From contig CAWBJP010000003.1 of the NCBI GenBank assembly GCA_963789165.1, forward strand, positions 518,625 to 582,624: a DNA stretch of 64,000 nt. Reading direction: 5' to 3'. Positions 33,818 to 43,771 of the stretch are shown here, piece by piece. This stretch comes from an uncultured Actinomycetes bacterium (GTDB taxonomy: Bacteria > Actinomycetota > Acidimicrobiia > IMCC26256 > BP-133). The number at the start of each line of letters is the position of its first letter. The stretch's first letter is position 1. The position numbers and the translations under genes were made by a program. The notes below the pieces were generated by a model. The model did not search any database, was not told the DNA's origin, and saw only the letters and a program-made list of their open reading frames with translations.

Positions 33818-34000
33818 TGTAATGCTTCCTTGGAGGGACTTAGTTCAGGGAGGGCGGGGGTGGGTCGGTTCGTGCTCGGACGCGCGCGCGGTCGTCGCGG
33901 CTCGGTGGGAGGGTCGTCGGGGTTGGCTGAGCGCAAGCGGGCGGGCGGGCGGCGCGGGATGGTTCGTGACGGCTGCTGATGCAGGTTCGACAGGCGGGGG
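33818..34000. repeat. 183-bp direct repeat, copy 1 (part of a 193-bp unit at 33808..34000)
   Basis: Compared base by base with 35824..36006 and identical. Confidence 0.9.
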
Positions 34001-34020
34001 GGTGGAGACGGCAAGTCTGT

Positions 34021-35520
34021 GACCCTATGCGGGACTGGTTGTCAAGGGGCGTGAGCGGGACGTTGCCGGGGTGGTGGGGCGGGGTCTTGATCATCGGAGC
34101 CGTATCGGCTTTCGTGGCGGTGCGGGGAAGGTCGCCTCGGCTGTCGACGCGGTGACGCGTCTGACCTGACGCATGTGCCTTGAGCACTTGGTGAGGGGCC
34201 TTCCTCGCACTTTTCCGTGAGCGGCGCCGGCGGCGCACGTCCTCAGGGCACCGGTAATGCTCCTCGATGATCGCGTGGGCCTCGGCCGGGCTGACGGGGG
34301 TGCCGTCGACGTCGCGGATGACGTAGGGCTCGGCTCGGGACATCACCACCCAGGCTCGCTCGGCGAGGCGGGCGGCGACTATGCAGACGGCCTTCTGGTG
34401 GTGGGCGCCGCGTTCGACCATCTGCGTGAAGTAGACAGCGGCGAGCTGCGGGTCGACCCGCCGGGCGGTGTTGGCCGACTGCACGAGCTGGTCGCGGAGC
34501 CGCCGGGGCCCTGCCTTGGAGATGGCTTGGCCTTTGCGGTCGGTGTCGCCGGTTTCGGATGCCTTGGGGGTCAGGCCGGTGAATCGCTTGAAGGCGGCGG
34601 CCTCGGGGAAGCGGTGCGGGTCGCCCATGGCGGCCACCAGCACCGGCCCGCCGATGTCGGCGATCCGGGCAGGCTGCGGGCCAGGCCCTCGGGGTCCACC
34701 CGGCGGTAGGCGGCCTCACGCTGGCGGGCGTGGGAGTCCCGCTCGGCCAGCACGGCCGCAGGAGCCGGGCTTCGGTGGCCATCTCGGCGGCCAGATCGGC
34801 GAACGGGACGGCGGGATCGTCGCGGTAGAGGTCGAGCGCAGCGGCAGCCACCGACCGCCAGGCCTCGGCTCGGTCCTGGCCGTAGTGGCCCCGCGATGCC
34901 TTGCGGATCAACGCCGCGAGCCGGGCCAGGCCCGTGCGCAGCAGGGCCCGGGGGTCGCCGTAACGCTCGAGGACGGCCACGTCGGCGGCGGTGAGCTCGC
35001 CGGTGATGGCCTCGTCCAGCATGGGCATGGCCTGGCGGGCCAGCTCCCGGAGTCGGACCTTGTGGCGGGTGGCGGTGTCGGTCAGCCGGTCCGCGGCCCG
35101 CACCCGACGATCCAGACTCGCCGCTGGCCCCTCGGCCAGCCAGAGGCGCTGGAGGCCGTCGGGGTCGACGACGGCCAAGCGGGCGAGGGCCTCGGCGTCG
35201 ATCGAGTTCGACTTGGCGTGCTGGGACAGGAACCGTCGCAGCGCCGCCGCCTTCGCCGAGCTCACCCGGTGCACCACATGCCCGCGCCGACAGAAGAACA
35301 CCGCCACGGGCAGCCAGGCCGCCCCCGTCGGCTCGATGATCACCTCCAACCGGGTGCCCTCCGGCGCTCCCGTCAGGGCCGCCGCCTCGATCGTGGCCAG
35401 GCTCTCTGTCGTCGGCCGGCAGCGGCGGCGGGCCAGCACCTCGGTCGTCTCGTCGATCACCACCACCGTGTGGGTGCTGGCGATGCCCAGGTCGATCCCG
35501 ACGATGCGCCGGGTCCTCAT
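34021..35520 (-). pseudogene. IS110-family (DEDD) transposase broken into three reading frames
   Basis: N-terminal part: MRTRRIVGIDLGIASTHTVVVID...IIEPTGAAWLPVAVFF (ORF 34243..35646). Middle part: ...DPEGLARSLPG (ORF 34571..34753). C-terminal part: VAAMGDPHRFPEAAAFKRFTGLTPKASETGD...KAGPRRLRDQL (ORF 33840..34643, which stays open past the inferred IS end). Confidence 0.75.
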
Positions 35521-35826
35521 AGTCGTCTCCTTCTCGTCACCGATGGACACCCCGACGATCCAGGTCCTCGACGGCCACGGCCCCACGGTCGCAAGCGAAA
35601 GCCCGTCACGGCCCCACACATGTTCCTCAACCGGGCTCGACCTCACGGGCCGGCCGACGTCCCTATCCGGGTCCTCCGTGGCCGGGTCGGAGGAGGCACT
35701 CAGACTTCCGAGGCACGACCACGTCGTCCTCAGTGTGGATCCTCCCGCCTCCCCCCGAACCAGCCGGGGTCCCTCACATGCAACCCCGTGGGCCGAGCCA
35801 ACCGGTGGACCGAACCACTTACATGT
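34021..35826 (-). mobile_element. IS110-family insertion sequence; boundaries inferred from comparing the filled and empty sites
   Basis: The sequence acggcaagtctgt|aatgcttcc is contiguous at 33808..33829. At 34008..34020 / 35827.. it is split by 1.8 kb carrying an IS110-type recombinase gene. tgt is present at both junctions. Confidence 0.65.
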
Positions 35827-36006
35827 AATGCTTCCTTGGAGGGACTTAGTTCAGGGAGGGCGGGGGTGGGTCGGTTCGTGCTCGGACGCGCGCGCGGTCG
35901 TCGCGGCTCGGTGGGAGGGTCGTCGGGGTTGGCTGAGCGCAAGCGGGCGGGCGGGCGGCGCGGGATGGTTCGTGACGGCTGCTGATGCAGGTTCGACAGG
36001 CGGGGG
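35824..36006. repeat. 183-bp direct repeat, copy 2
   Basis: Identical to 33818..34000. Confidence 0.9.
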
Positions 36007-36130
36007 CCCGGTGGCCCCAGCCAGGCCTGCACTGGCTGCCGCTCGAAATTTCGGAAGTGCCCCGTCGCATCGGGAGAAGGCGCACGCGCATAGGTGTAGG
36101 TGAGAGACAACTTTCACCAAGGAGGTCACA

Positions 36131-36424
36131 GTGCCCGAGCCGGAAGTGATCAGGGAGGAGCGGAGGTTCTTGGACATCGAGGAGGTGGCGAGGCTCCTCG
36201 GTGTGGGCGTCCGACACGTGCGGCGCCTGGTCGCCGATCGAAGGATCCCATACCTGAAGTGGGGCCACCTGCTTCGCTTCGATCCGGTCGAGATCGACGC
36301 CTGGCTCGACGCCGCACGGCGACCGACGAGGAGCGAGGTTGTCAGCATGCCGGCGCTTCGCATCCACGGCGGGCGCCACGTGAAGGGCGGGCGGCGGCCG
36401 TGGCCGTCGTCCGGAGCCCGCTGA
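36131..36424 (+). CDS. Excisionase-family / MerR-like helix-turn-helix DNA-binding protein
   Basis: GTG 36131 follows aaggagg. FLDIEEVARLLGVGVRHVRRLVADRRIPYLKWGHLLRFDPVEIDAWL is the typical Xis-type HTH_17 pattern. The gene lies directly upstream of the integrase. Confidence 0.75.
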   Translation: MPEPEVIREERRFLDIEEVARLLGVGVRHVRRLVADRRIPYLKWGHLLRFDPVEIDAWLDAARRPTRSEVVSMPALRIHGGRHVKGGRRPWPSSGAR

Positions 36425-36482
36425 GACTGTCCTACCCCGCGGAGATGATGGACCGGTCGAACCGATCGGAGGCGGGTGAGCC

Positions 36483-37622
36483 ATGGGGCACCTACGAAAG
36501 GCGCCGAGCGGGCGTTGGGAGGCGCGGTACCGGGGGTCGGACGGCCGGGAGCACAGCCGGCGGTTTCCCACGAAGCGGGAGGGACAGGCCTTCCTGGAGC
36601 GGACCGGCGCGGAGCAGCAGCGGGGCGAGTGGCGGGACCCGCAGGGCGCCAAGGTCCGGACGGCGGACTGGATCGACGCGTGGTGGGCGACGACGGTGAA
36701 CCTGCGGCCGTCGTCGAGGGCGCGGGACGAGGCGTACATCCGGAACCACGTCCTCCCCGCCTTCGGCGAGCTTCCGCTCGGCGCAATCACGCATCTCGAC
36801 GTCCGGGCCTGGGTGGCCGAGCTCGCTGCCAAGGGACGGGCGCCGGCAACGGTCCAGAAGGCGTACCAGACCCTTTCGAAGATCCTGCGGGGCGCGGTGG
36901 ACGCCGGGCTCATCGCCCAGTCGCCCTGCCGGAACGTCGCCTTACCGCGGGTCGAGCGCGAGGAGATGAGGTTCCTCACACCGGCGGAGGTGGCCGCTCT
37001 CGCCGAAGCAATCGATCCCCGGTACCGAGCGCTGATCTTCTTCGACGCCTACTGCGGGCTGCGGCTGGGCGAGTTGGCGGGGCTCCGCCGAGGCCGGGTC
37101 GACCTGCTCCACCGCGAGGTTAGCGTCACCGAGATCGCCGTCGAGGTCAAGGGCAACCTGATTTTCGGGCCGCCCAAGACGAGGGCGGGCCATCGGAAGG
37201 TTCCGGTTCCCCGCTTTGTCGCCGACGAGATGGCTGCCCACCTCGACGCCTACGGGGAGCCCAACACGGACGCTCTCGTCTTCGTCGGCGCAGACGGCGG
37301 CGCACTGCGAGCCAACGGCTGGCGCGCCCGGCATTGGCGCCCGGCGATCCGGGCCGCCGGGCTCGAACCGCTCCGCCCCCACGACCTCCGACACACCGCC
37401 GTCTCGCTGTGGGTGGCGGCCGGCGCGAGTCCCAAGCAGATCGCCACCTGGGCCGGCCACACCTCAGTCTCGGTCGTCCTCGATCGCTACGGCCACCTCT
37501 TTCCTGGCCACGAGGACACCGTCCTCGCCCGCCTGGAGAATCTCGGGCGAACGCCGGCCGTGCCTTCGAGTGAGGGTCTTGGCCTCCCTGAGCACCGGTC
37601 CGCTATACTGTCTAGCCAGTAG
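36483..37622 (+). CDS. Tyrosine-type site-specific integrase
   Basis: N-terminal SAM-like domain (GRWEARYRGSDGREHSRRFPTKREGQAFL). Catalytic region (GLRLGELAGLR...HDLRHTAVSLWVAAG...GHTSVSVVLDRYGHL). Confidence 0.9.
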   Translation: MGHLRKAPSGRWEARYRGSDGREHSRRFPTKREGQAFLERTGAEQQRGEWRDPQGAKVRTADWIDAWWATTVNLRPSSRARDEAYIRNHVLPAFGELPLGAITHLDVRAWVAELAAKGRAPATVQKAYQTLSKILRGAVDAGLIAQSPCRNVALPRVEREEMRFLTPAEVAALAEAIDPRYRALIFFDAYCGLRLGELAGLRRGRVDLLHREVSVTEIAVEVKGNLIFGPPKTRAGHRKVPVPRFVADEMAAHLDAYGEPNTDALVFVGADGGALRANGWRARHWRPAIRAAGLEPLRPHDLRHTAVSLWVAAGASPKQIATWAGHTSVSVVLDRYGHLFPGHEDTVLARLENLGRTPAVPSSEGLGLPEHRSAILSSQ

Positions 37623-37631
37623 ACTCTTTCG

Positions 37632-37865
37632 GTGCGGGCACGAGAGGTCATCCGAAGGATCGACTCGGCCAAGTGCGGAACGAAGAAGTGCTGCCAATTC
37701 GTTCGCCAGGAAGGCTCGCATAAGCGCTTCGACTGCCGTTGCGACGAGAAAGTATGTAGGACCACCGTCCCCGATCATGGAAGCCGAGACCTGACCAAAG
37801 GAACGCTGCGGAGCATCGAACGAGACCTGGAACCCTGCCTCGGGAAAGGGTGGCTGAGGAGATGA
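37632..37865 (+). CDS. hicA: HicA-family type II toxin (mRNA interferase)
   Basis: REVIRRI...VRQEGSHKRF...TTVPDHGSRDLTKGTLRSIERDL matches the HicA pattern. Confidence 0.7.
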   Translation: MRAREVIRRIDSAKCGTKKCCQFVRQEGSHKRFDCRCDEKVCRTTVPDHGSRDLTKGTLRSIERDLEPCLGKGWLRR

Positions 37866-38308
37866 GCAGACGGAGCTACCGCGTCAACATCCAGCTCGAC
37901 GACAACGGCTGGTGGTTCGTGGACGCCCCGGATGTCCAGGGGGCTCACTCCGAGGGTCAGACGCTGGCCCGAGCGCGGTCCAACATCCGGGAGGCGATCG
38001 TTCTCATGGAGGATCTCCCCTCAGGCGCAGAAGACACGTTTGACCTGGAGGAGCGAATCGTCCTCCCGGTCCCCGTCCGGCGAGCAGTGGCGAAGGTGCA
38101 CCGTGCCCGGGCGCGGGCCGAAGCAGCCGCCGAGGACGCGCGTAAAGCCACGCAGGAGGCGCTCGAAGCGCTGTCCACTCACCTGCCCGACCTCGGGCTC
38201 CGAGACCAGGCTGAACTCGTCGGCGTGTCATTCCAGCGCGTCCAGCAGCTTCGACCGGGCGCTCCGCGCCGGGGTCGCCGGCCAGCACCGGTGAGAGAGG
38301 TCGGATGA
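37862..38308 (+). CDS. hicB: HicB-family antitoxin
   Basis: SYRVNIQLDDNGWWFVDAPDVQGAHSEGQTLARARSNIREAIVLMED (HicB N-terminal fold pattern). It overlaps the hicA end. An alternative GTG start is at 37850. Confidence 0.7.
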   Translation: MSRRSYRVNIQLDDNGWWFVDAPDVQGAHSEGQTLARARSNIREAIVLMEDLPSGAEDTFDLEERIVLPVPVRRAVAKVHRARARAEAAAEDARKATQEALEALSTHLPDLGLRDQAELVGVSFQRVQQLRPGAPRRGRRPAPVREVG

Positions 38309-38449
38309 ATGCACGCGGTGTGCCCGCCGACGACCGCCACTGCCATCCACGACCTGGCCGCGCCGCGGGGTCCCGCGGGTTTTTCGCGGGGCAAACGGCA
38401 GCGACGGGAGCCGAGCGGCTCCCGTCATGTGCCCTGACCAGCGCCTGTC

Positions 38450-38499
38450 CCGTGGGCGATACTGGTTTCGAACCAGTGGCCTCTGCCGTGTGAAGGCAG
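38450..38499. repeat. Proximal att-type direct repeat, inside the intact tRNA-Val
   Basis: Identical to 26422..26471. Confidence 0.85.
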
Positions 38500-38524
38500 C
38501 GCTCTCCCGCTGAGCTAATCGCCC
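38453..38524 (-). tRNA. tRNA-Val (anticodon CAC)
   Basis: The reverse complement folds by hand as GGGCGAT-TA-GCTC-AGCGGGA-GAGC-G-CTGCC-TTCACAC-GGCAG-AGGCC-ACTGG-TTCGAAA-CCAGT-ATCGCCC-A (72 nt). CCA is not encoded. Confidence 0.9.
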
Positions 38525-38548
38525 GGAAGACCCTTCGAGAATAGCCGC

Positions 38549-39070
38549 TCAGGTGAGTTCGGGAGTGGCCTCCACCCGCTTCGCGAGGGGTAGGCGCAGG
38601 CGGAGCGGATCGGCGGCCAGGCAGGCGGTGGAGAACAGCACCGCCCGGTGCCGGCCGGCGAAGGGAGCCACCTGGCCGCCCTCAGACGCCACCACCTCGA
38701 CGTGGGCCATGAAGGCCCGCGTGGGGAGCGACGACCGGCTGCCAGCTCGGCCCCCCAGGAGCCAGCCGGGGACCCGGGCGGGCACCGAGCGCCGGCCGAT
38801 CCCGGCCCAGATCTTCAGGCCGCCTTCCTCCCAGTGGACTTCGCGGCGGCGGTCCTGCGCCAGCCAGTTGACGGTGGCGGGCGACTCGACCCCCGGCCCG
38901 CGGGCGGCCAGCACCCGGCGCGCCATCCCAGGGCGCCGGCCCGGCCTCATCGCCGCCAGCACCACCTCGGTAACCGGGCCCTGCCTCCCCGGCCGGTGGA
39001 TGGCGGCGAGCACGAGCGGACGGGCGCCGGCACGCCCCCAGATCACCAGGGCCTCACCCTCGAAGGGCAT
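38549..39070 (-). CDS. Hypothetical protein
   Basis: High-GC3 frame starting at MPFEGEALVIWG...; no recognisable motif. Confidence 0.4.
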   Translation of the reverse strand: MPFEGEALVIWGRAGARPLVLAAIHRPGRQGPVTEVVLAAMRPGRRPGMARRVLAARGPGVESPATVNWLAQDRRREVHWEEGGLKIWAGIGRRSVPARVPGWLLGGRAGSRSSLPTRAFMAHVEVVASEGGQVAPFAGRHRAVLFSTACLAADPLRLRLPLAKRVEATPELT

Positions 39071-39200
39071 GAGCGATCCTTCCGGCGCCACACCCCCACG
39101 ATATCCACCGGGAGGTCCGGTCCGGCACCATCCCCACCCCCAGAACGAGCAACCGCCCGGCCGGAGCCGGGCGGTTGCTGTCACGAACTGAGCGAGAGGC

Positions 39201-39404
39201 TCAGGGAAGCGCTCTGACGTTCTGCGCCTGGTCGCCTTTCGGACCGCTGGTCACCTCGAACTCGACCTGCTGGCCTTCTTCGAGGCTGCGGTAGCCGCCC
39301 CCTTCGATGGCGCTGTAGTGCACGAACACGTCGGCGCCGCCCTCACGGGAGATGAAGCCGTAGCCCTTCTCCGCGTTGAACCATTTCACCGTGCCAGTCG
39401 CCAA
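39201..39404 (-). CDS. cspA: Cold-shock protein (CspA family)
   Basis: TTG start 7 nt after ggaaggag. (M)[50 protein letters not shown] carries the RNP-1/RNP-2 motifs. Confidence 0.9.
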   Translation of the reverse strand: MATGTVKWFNAEKGYGFISREGGADVFVHYSAIEGGGYRSLEEGQQVEFEVTSGPKGDQAQNVRALP

Positions 39405-39841
39405 GACCGGACTCCTTCCATGAACGCTGCGGAGGGTCGGCCTGACGGACTGCACCCTCACTCCTGCAAGGCCTTCATGATATCTGACCGCCCCACCTGA
39501 ATCACAGGCTCCTCGCGCAACTTTGACCGGCCTGAGATCGTCGCCGACCGGTACGCTGTGGCGGTCGAGATCGTCGCACCGCCATGAGGGGGTCAGACGT
39601 GGCTGGAAGTGGTCGGGCTAGGCGGTTTCGTGCCGCGCGCCAGCTCAAGCAGGGCGGGCAGGAGCGCATCTGCAGCGCCTGTCATGCCAACCTGACCCTC
39701 GGGGAGTCCCACGACTCCGAGTGCGAGTACGCCCTGGAGGAAGACCCCTGGGCCGCCGAGCTCGCCGACGAGACCGAGGAGGAGGAAGAGGAAGAGGCCT
39801 GGTAGCCGGCCGGCTCCTCTGATCTCGCTCCGGGCGGGCCT

Positions 39842-42532
39842 TCAGGCCTCCCGGGGGTCGAGCGCCTCGGTGTCGATCTCGTAGCGGCGGATCGCCTCCG
39901 CCACGACCTCGCCCTTGACCTCGCCCTGCTGGGCCAGTCCGTGCAGCACCGCCACCACCACGTGAGCGGCGTCCGTCTCGAAGTGGCGGCGGAGCGCAGC
40001 GCGGGTGTCGGAGAAGCCGTAACCGTCGGTGCCGAGGGGGATGAACGGCCCCGGGGCCCAGCGAGCGATCTGTTCGGGTACCACCTTCATGTAGTCGGTC
40101 ACCGCCACCACCGGCCCGCCATTCGACCCCAGGGTCTGGCTGACCCAGGGGACACGGGGCGCCTCGGTGGGGTGGAGGCGGTTCCAGCGCTCCACCGCCA
40201 GGGCGTCCTCCCGGAGCGCCTTGTAGCTGGTGGCGCTCCAGACCTCGACCGCGGTGTCGTGGTGCTCCATCAACAGCTCGCGGGCCTCGATGGCGGCCTG
40301 CATGGCCGAACCTGAGGCCAGGATGCGGGCCCGGTAGGTGGCTTCGCCCTCGGGCGCCGCCAGGTGGCGGTACAGCCCCCGCAGGATGCCCTCTTCCGAC
40401 CCCTCGGGCATGGCCGGCATGGCGATCGCCTCGTTGTAGAGGGTGATGTAGTAGAAGCAGTCCTCCGGGTTCTCGCCGTACATGCGGGCGATCCCGTCCT
40501 CGATGATGACGGCCAGCTCGTAGGCGAAGGCGGGGTCGTAGACCCGGCAGTTGGGCACGGTCGAAGCCAGCACCGGCGAGTGCCCGTCATCGTGCTGGAG
40601 CCCCTCGCCGTGCAGGGTCGTCCGACCGGCGGTGGCGCCCAGGAGGAAGCCCCGGCCCCGGGCGTCGCCGAAGGCCCAGATGAGGTCCCCCACCCGCTGG
40701 AAGCCGAACATCGAATAGAAGATGTAGAAGGGGATCATCGGCTGGCCCCAGGTGGCGTAGGCCGTACCCGCGGCGGTGAAGCTGGCCAGGGAGCCGGCCT
40801 CGGTGATGCCCTCCTCCAGGATCTGGCCGGTGCGCTCCTCCTTGTAGGCCAGGAGCAGCTGGGCGTCGACGGGCTCGTACTTCTGGCCGAAGGGGGCGTA
40901 GATCTTGGCCAGGGGGAAGAGGGCGTCGAGGCCGAAGGTGCGGCCCTCGTCGGGGATGATGGGAACGATCCGCTTGCCGATGGTCTTGTCTTTGATCAGG
41001 TTGCGCAGCATCCGGGTCAGCGCCGAGGTGGTCGTCGCCTTGACCTTGTCGCCCGTCCCCGCCTTGAGCTCCTTGAAGGGGTCGCCCGCGGGGGCGGGGA
41101 GCGGCTGGGCCCGCACCACCCTCTGGGGGATGGGCCCGTCCAGCGCCTGGCGCCGGGACCGCATGTAGGCCAGCTCCTCGGAGTCCTCCCCCGGGTGGTA
41201 GTAGGGGGGCTCGCCCTCGGTCAGCACCTTGTCGGGGATGTCGAGGAAGAGCCGGTCCCGGAACGTCCGCAGCTCCGCTTCGGTCATCTTCTTGATCTGG
41301 TGGGTGGCGTTGCGGGCCTCGAACTCGGGACCCAGCGTCCAGCCCTTGACCGTCTTGGCCAGGATGACGGTGGGGCTGCCCTCGTGCTCGGTGGCGGCCT
41401 TGTAGGCGGCGTAGAGCTTGTGGTAGTCGTGCCCACCGCGGGACAGCTTGCGCAGGTCGTCGTCGGAGAGGTGCTCCACCATCTTGTGCAGCCGGGGGTC
41501 GGGGCCGAAGAAGTGCTCCCGGATGTAGGCCCCGGACTCCACCGAGTACTTCTGGAACTGCCCGTCGCAGGTCGTGTTCATCTGGTTGACGAGCACGCCG
41601 TCGGTGTCGCGCAGGAGGAGGGCGTCCCACTCGCGGCCCCACACCACCTTGATGACGTTCCAGCCGCCGCCCTTGTAGGTGGCCTCCAGCTCCTGGATGA
41701 TCTTGCCGTTCCCCCGCACGGGGCCGTCGAGCCGCTGCAGGTTGCAGTTCACGACGAAGATCAGGTTGTCGAGCTGCTCGGTGGCAGCCAGGTGGAGCCC
41801 GGCCATCGACTCGGGCTCGTCCATCTCCCCGTCGCCCACGAAGCACCACACCTTGGCCCGGCTGGTGTCGGCGATCTGGCGGTTGAGCATGTAGCGGTTG
41901 AAGCGGGCCTGGTACACGGCGTTGAGCGGTCCGAGCCCCATGGACACGGTGGGGAACTCCCAGAAGTCGGGCATGCGCCGCGGATGGGGATAGGAGGGCA
42001 GGCCATGGCCGCCCACCTCGCGGCGGAAGTGGTCGAGCTGGTCCTCGGTCAGGCGCCCCTCGAGGAAGGCCCGGGCGTAGACGCCGGGAGCGGCGTGGCC
42101 CTGGATGAAGACCTGGTCGCCGAAGCCGCCGTCGGACTTGCCCCGGAAGAAGTGGTTGAACCCCACCTCGTAGAGCGACGCCGACGAGGCGTAGGTGGAC
42201 AGGTGGCCGCCGAGACCGTCGAAGCGCCGGTTGGCCCGGGTCACCATGGCCATGGCGTTCCAGCGGATGAAAGCCCGGATGCGACGCTCGACGTGCTCGT
42301 CGCCCGGGAACCACGGCTCCTGCTCGGGGGGGATGGTGTTGATGTAGTCAGAGGAGACCATGGCCGGGACACCGACCTGGAGCTCCCGGGCCCGGGCCAG
42401 GAGGCGCGCCAGCAGATACCGGGCTCGGGCCTTCCCCCGGATGTCGACCACGGAGTTGAGGGAGTCCAGCCACTCCCGGGTCTCCGCCGAGTCAATGTCG
42501 GGCAATTGGTGCGAATAACCGTCGATGATCAC
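39842..42532 (-). CDS. aceE: Pyruvate dehydrogenase E1 component, homodimeric type
   Basis: 896 aa. [16 protein letters not shown]..., ThDP-binding region [10 protein letters not shown], transketolase-like C-terminal domains. Confidence 0.95.
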   Translation of the reverse strand: MIIDGYSHQLPDIDSAETREWLDSLNSVVDIRGKARARYLLARLLARARELQVGVPAMVSSDYINTIPPEQEPWFPGDEHVERRIRAFIRWNAMAMVTRANRRFDGLGGHLSTYASSASLYEVGFNHFFRGKSDGGFGDQVFIQGHAAPGVYARAFLEGRLTEDQLDHFRREVGGHGLPSYPHPRRMPDFWEFPTVSMGLGPLNAVYQARFNRYMLNRQIADTSRAKVWCFVGDGEMDEPESMAGLHLAATEQLDNLIFVVNCNLQRLDGPVRGNGKIIQELEATYKGGGWNVIKVVWGREWDALLLRDTDGVLVNQMNTTCDGQFQKYSVESGAYIREHFFGPDPRLHKMVEHLSDDDLRKLSRGGHDYHKLYAAYKAATEHEGSPTVILAKTVKGWTLGPEFEARNATHQIKKMTEAELRTFRDRLFLDIPDKVLTEGEPPYYHPGEDSEELAYMRSRRQALDGPIPQRVVRAQPLPAPAGDPFKELKAGTGDKVKATTTSALTRMLRNLIKDKTIGKRIVPIIPDEGRTFGLDALFPLAKIYAPFGQKYEPVDAQLLLAYKEERTGQILEEGITEAGSLASFTAAGTAYATWGQPMIPFYIFYSMFGFQRVGDLIWAFGDARGRGFLLGATAGRTTLHGEGLQHDDGHSPVLASTVPNCRVYDPAFAYELAVIIEDGIARMYGENPEDCFYYITLYNEAIAMPAMPEGSEEGILRGLYRHLAAPEGEATYRARILASGSAMQAAIEARELLMEHHDTAVEVWSATSYKALREDALAVERWNRLHPTEAPRVPWVSQTLGSNGGPVVAVTDYMKVVPEQIARWAPGPFIPLGTDGYGFSDTRAALRRHFETDAAHVVVAVLHGLAQQGEVKGEVVAEAIRRYEIDTEALDPREA

Positions 42533-42612
42533 GAATCCAGATTACGCCCGCTCAGGAGCTTCGCGAACGGGGGTGCGCGACCGGCGTGAGTGCCGTAGGT
42601 AGGCTCGCTGTC

Positions 42613-43620
42613 ATGCGGTGGAACGTGCACGCTGGTGTCCTGGTCGTCGCCCTGGCCGCCGGAGCGTGCTCCAGCGGCAGCGAGCCCCAGGCGGGGAAGA
42701 CGGCTGACACGTCCTCGACCACCGTCGTTGAGCCGACCACCACGTCGACAGAGGCCGTCACCACCACGTCGGCGGCTGCGCCTCCCACCACCCGGGGGGC
42801 CACGCCGACCACCAAGGCGACCACGTCGACCACCAAGCCGCCGGCCACCTCGGGTCGGGACTCCGCCCCCTTCGCCACCACCGCCATCGCACCCGCGCCC
42901 ACGGACCCGGCCGAGCTGGCCGCGATGGCCGACGAGCTGGCCGCGGCCGAGACCCGCCTACACGACGCGGCCACGCCGGTGGCCGACATCCCCGCCGTGG
43001 CCCGGCGCGCCCAGGCGATCTACCGGGCCATCGCCGCCCGGCCCGAGGCGCTGGCCGCCGTCATCGACCGGATCCCGGAAGCCCTCCGCCCGACCGTGGA
43101 CGCCAACGTTACGGCCGGGGTGGAGCTCCGCCGCCTGACCGGCAACCCCCGCACCGAGCTGCCGCCGTGGCGCATCATCGCCCCGCCCGCGGCCAGCGAA
43201 CTCGAAGCCCACTACAAGGAGGCCGAGACCCGCTACGGCGTGCCCTGGGAGTACCTGGCTTCGGTCCATCTGGTGGAGACCCGCATGGGCCGCATCCGGG
43301 GGACGAGCGAGGCCGGCGCCCAGGGGCCCATGCAGTTCCTGCCCGCCACCTGGGCCGCTTACGGCGAGGGGGGCGACATCAACGACCCCCACGACGCCAT
43401 CATGGCCGCCGCCCGCTACCTGAAGCGCAACGGCGCCCCCGGGGACATGGCCAACGCCTTGTGGAACTACAACCACTCCGACCGCTACGTGCGGGCGGTC
43501 ACGCTCTACGCCCAGCAGATGGAGGCCGACCCGAGGGCCTACCTCGCATACCACGCCTGGCAGGTGTACTACATCATGACCCGGGGCGACGTCCTCCTCG
43601 AAGAGGGCTACAGCGGATAG
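42613..43620 (+). CDS. Lytic transglycosylase-domain lipoprotein
   Basis: Lipobox LAAGACSS, a Thr/Pro-rich linker, and an SLT-like core GVPWEYLASVHLVETRMGRIRGTSEAGAQGPMQFLPATWAAYG. An alternative GTG start is at 42586. Confidence 0.8.
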   Translation: MRWNVHAGVLVVALAAGACSSGSEPQAGKTADTSSTTVVEPTTTSTEAVTTTSAAAPPTTRGATPTTKATTSTTKPPATSGRDSAPFATTAIAPAPTDPAELAAMADELAAAETRLHDAATPVADIPAVARRAQAIYRAIAARPEALAAVIDRIPEALRPTVDANVTAGVELRRLTGNPRTELPPWRIIAPPAASELEAHYKEAETRYGVPWEYLASVHLVETRMGRIRGTSEAGAQGPMQFLPATWAAYGEGGDINDPHDAIMAAARYLKRNGAPGDMANALWNYNHSDRYVRAVTLYAQQMEADPRAYLAYHAWQVYYIMTRGDVLLEEGYSG

Positions 43621-43771
43621 CGCGACGGGCAGGAAACGGGCAACCGTGACCCCCGGACGCATCGAAGCAATCAGACCGTAAGGTTCGCGGTAAGGGGACG
43701 GGCACCTCAGCGCCGAATACCCAGGTACCAAGGACTGGTTTCCCCCCACGGAACCCCGCCCTTCCGGACGC

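Larger units (their letters stand above)
26422..38499. mobile_element. ~12-kb integrative genomic island inserted in the 3' end of tRNA-Val(CAC)
   Basis: 50-bp direct repeats sit at both ends. A tyrosine integrase, Xis-like HTH and HicAB lie next to the intact tRNA. The interior holds an IS110 element and accessory cargo. Confidence 0.8.

Noticed and set aside
39584-39805. 73-aa ORF with an acidic tail (…ETEEEEEEEAW) between cspA and aceE
   Set aside because: It has no RBS and no recognisable fold. It lies in what is more plausibly the long cspA 5' leader/promoter region. It cannot be excluded as a small protein.
40364-42589. 741-aa plus-strand ORF, and the 575-aa minus-strand ORF at 40587..42314, over aceE
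   Set aside because: The aceE frame gives an unmistakable E1 sequence. The alternatives are Gly/Arg/Pro-rich with no motifs.
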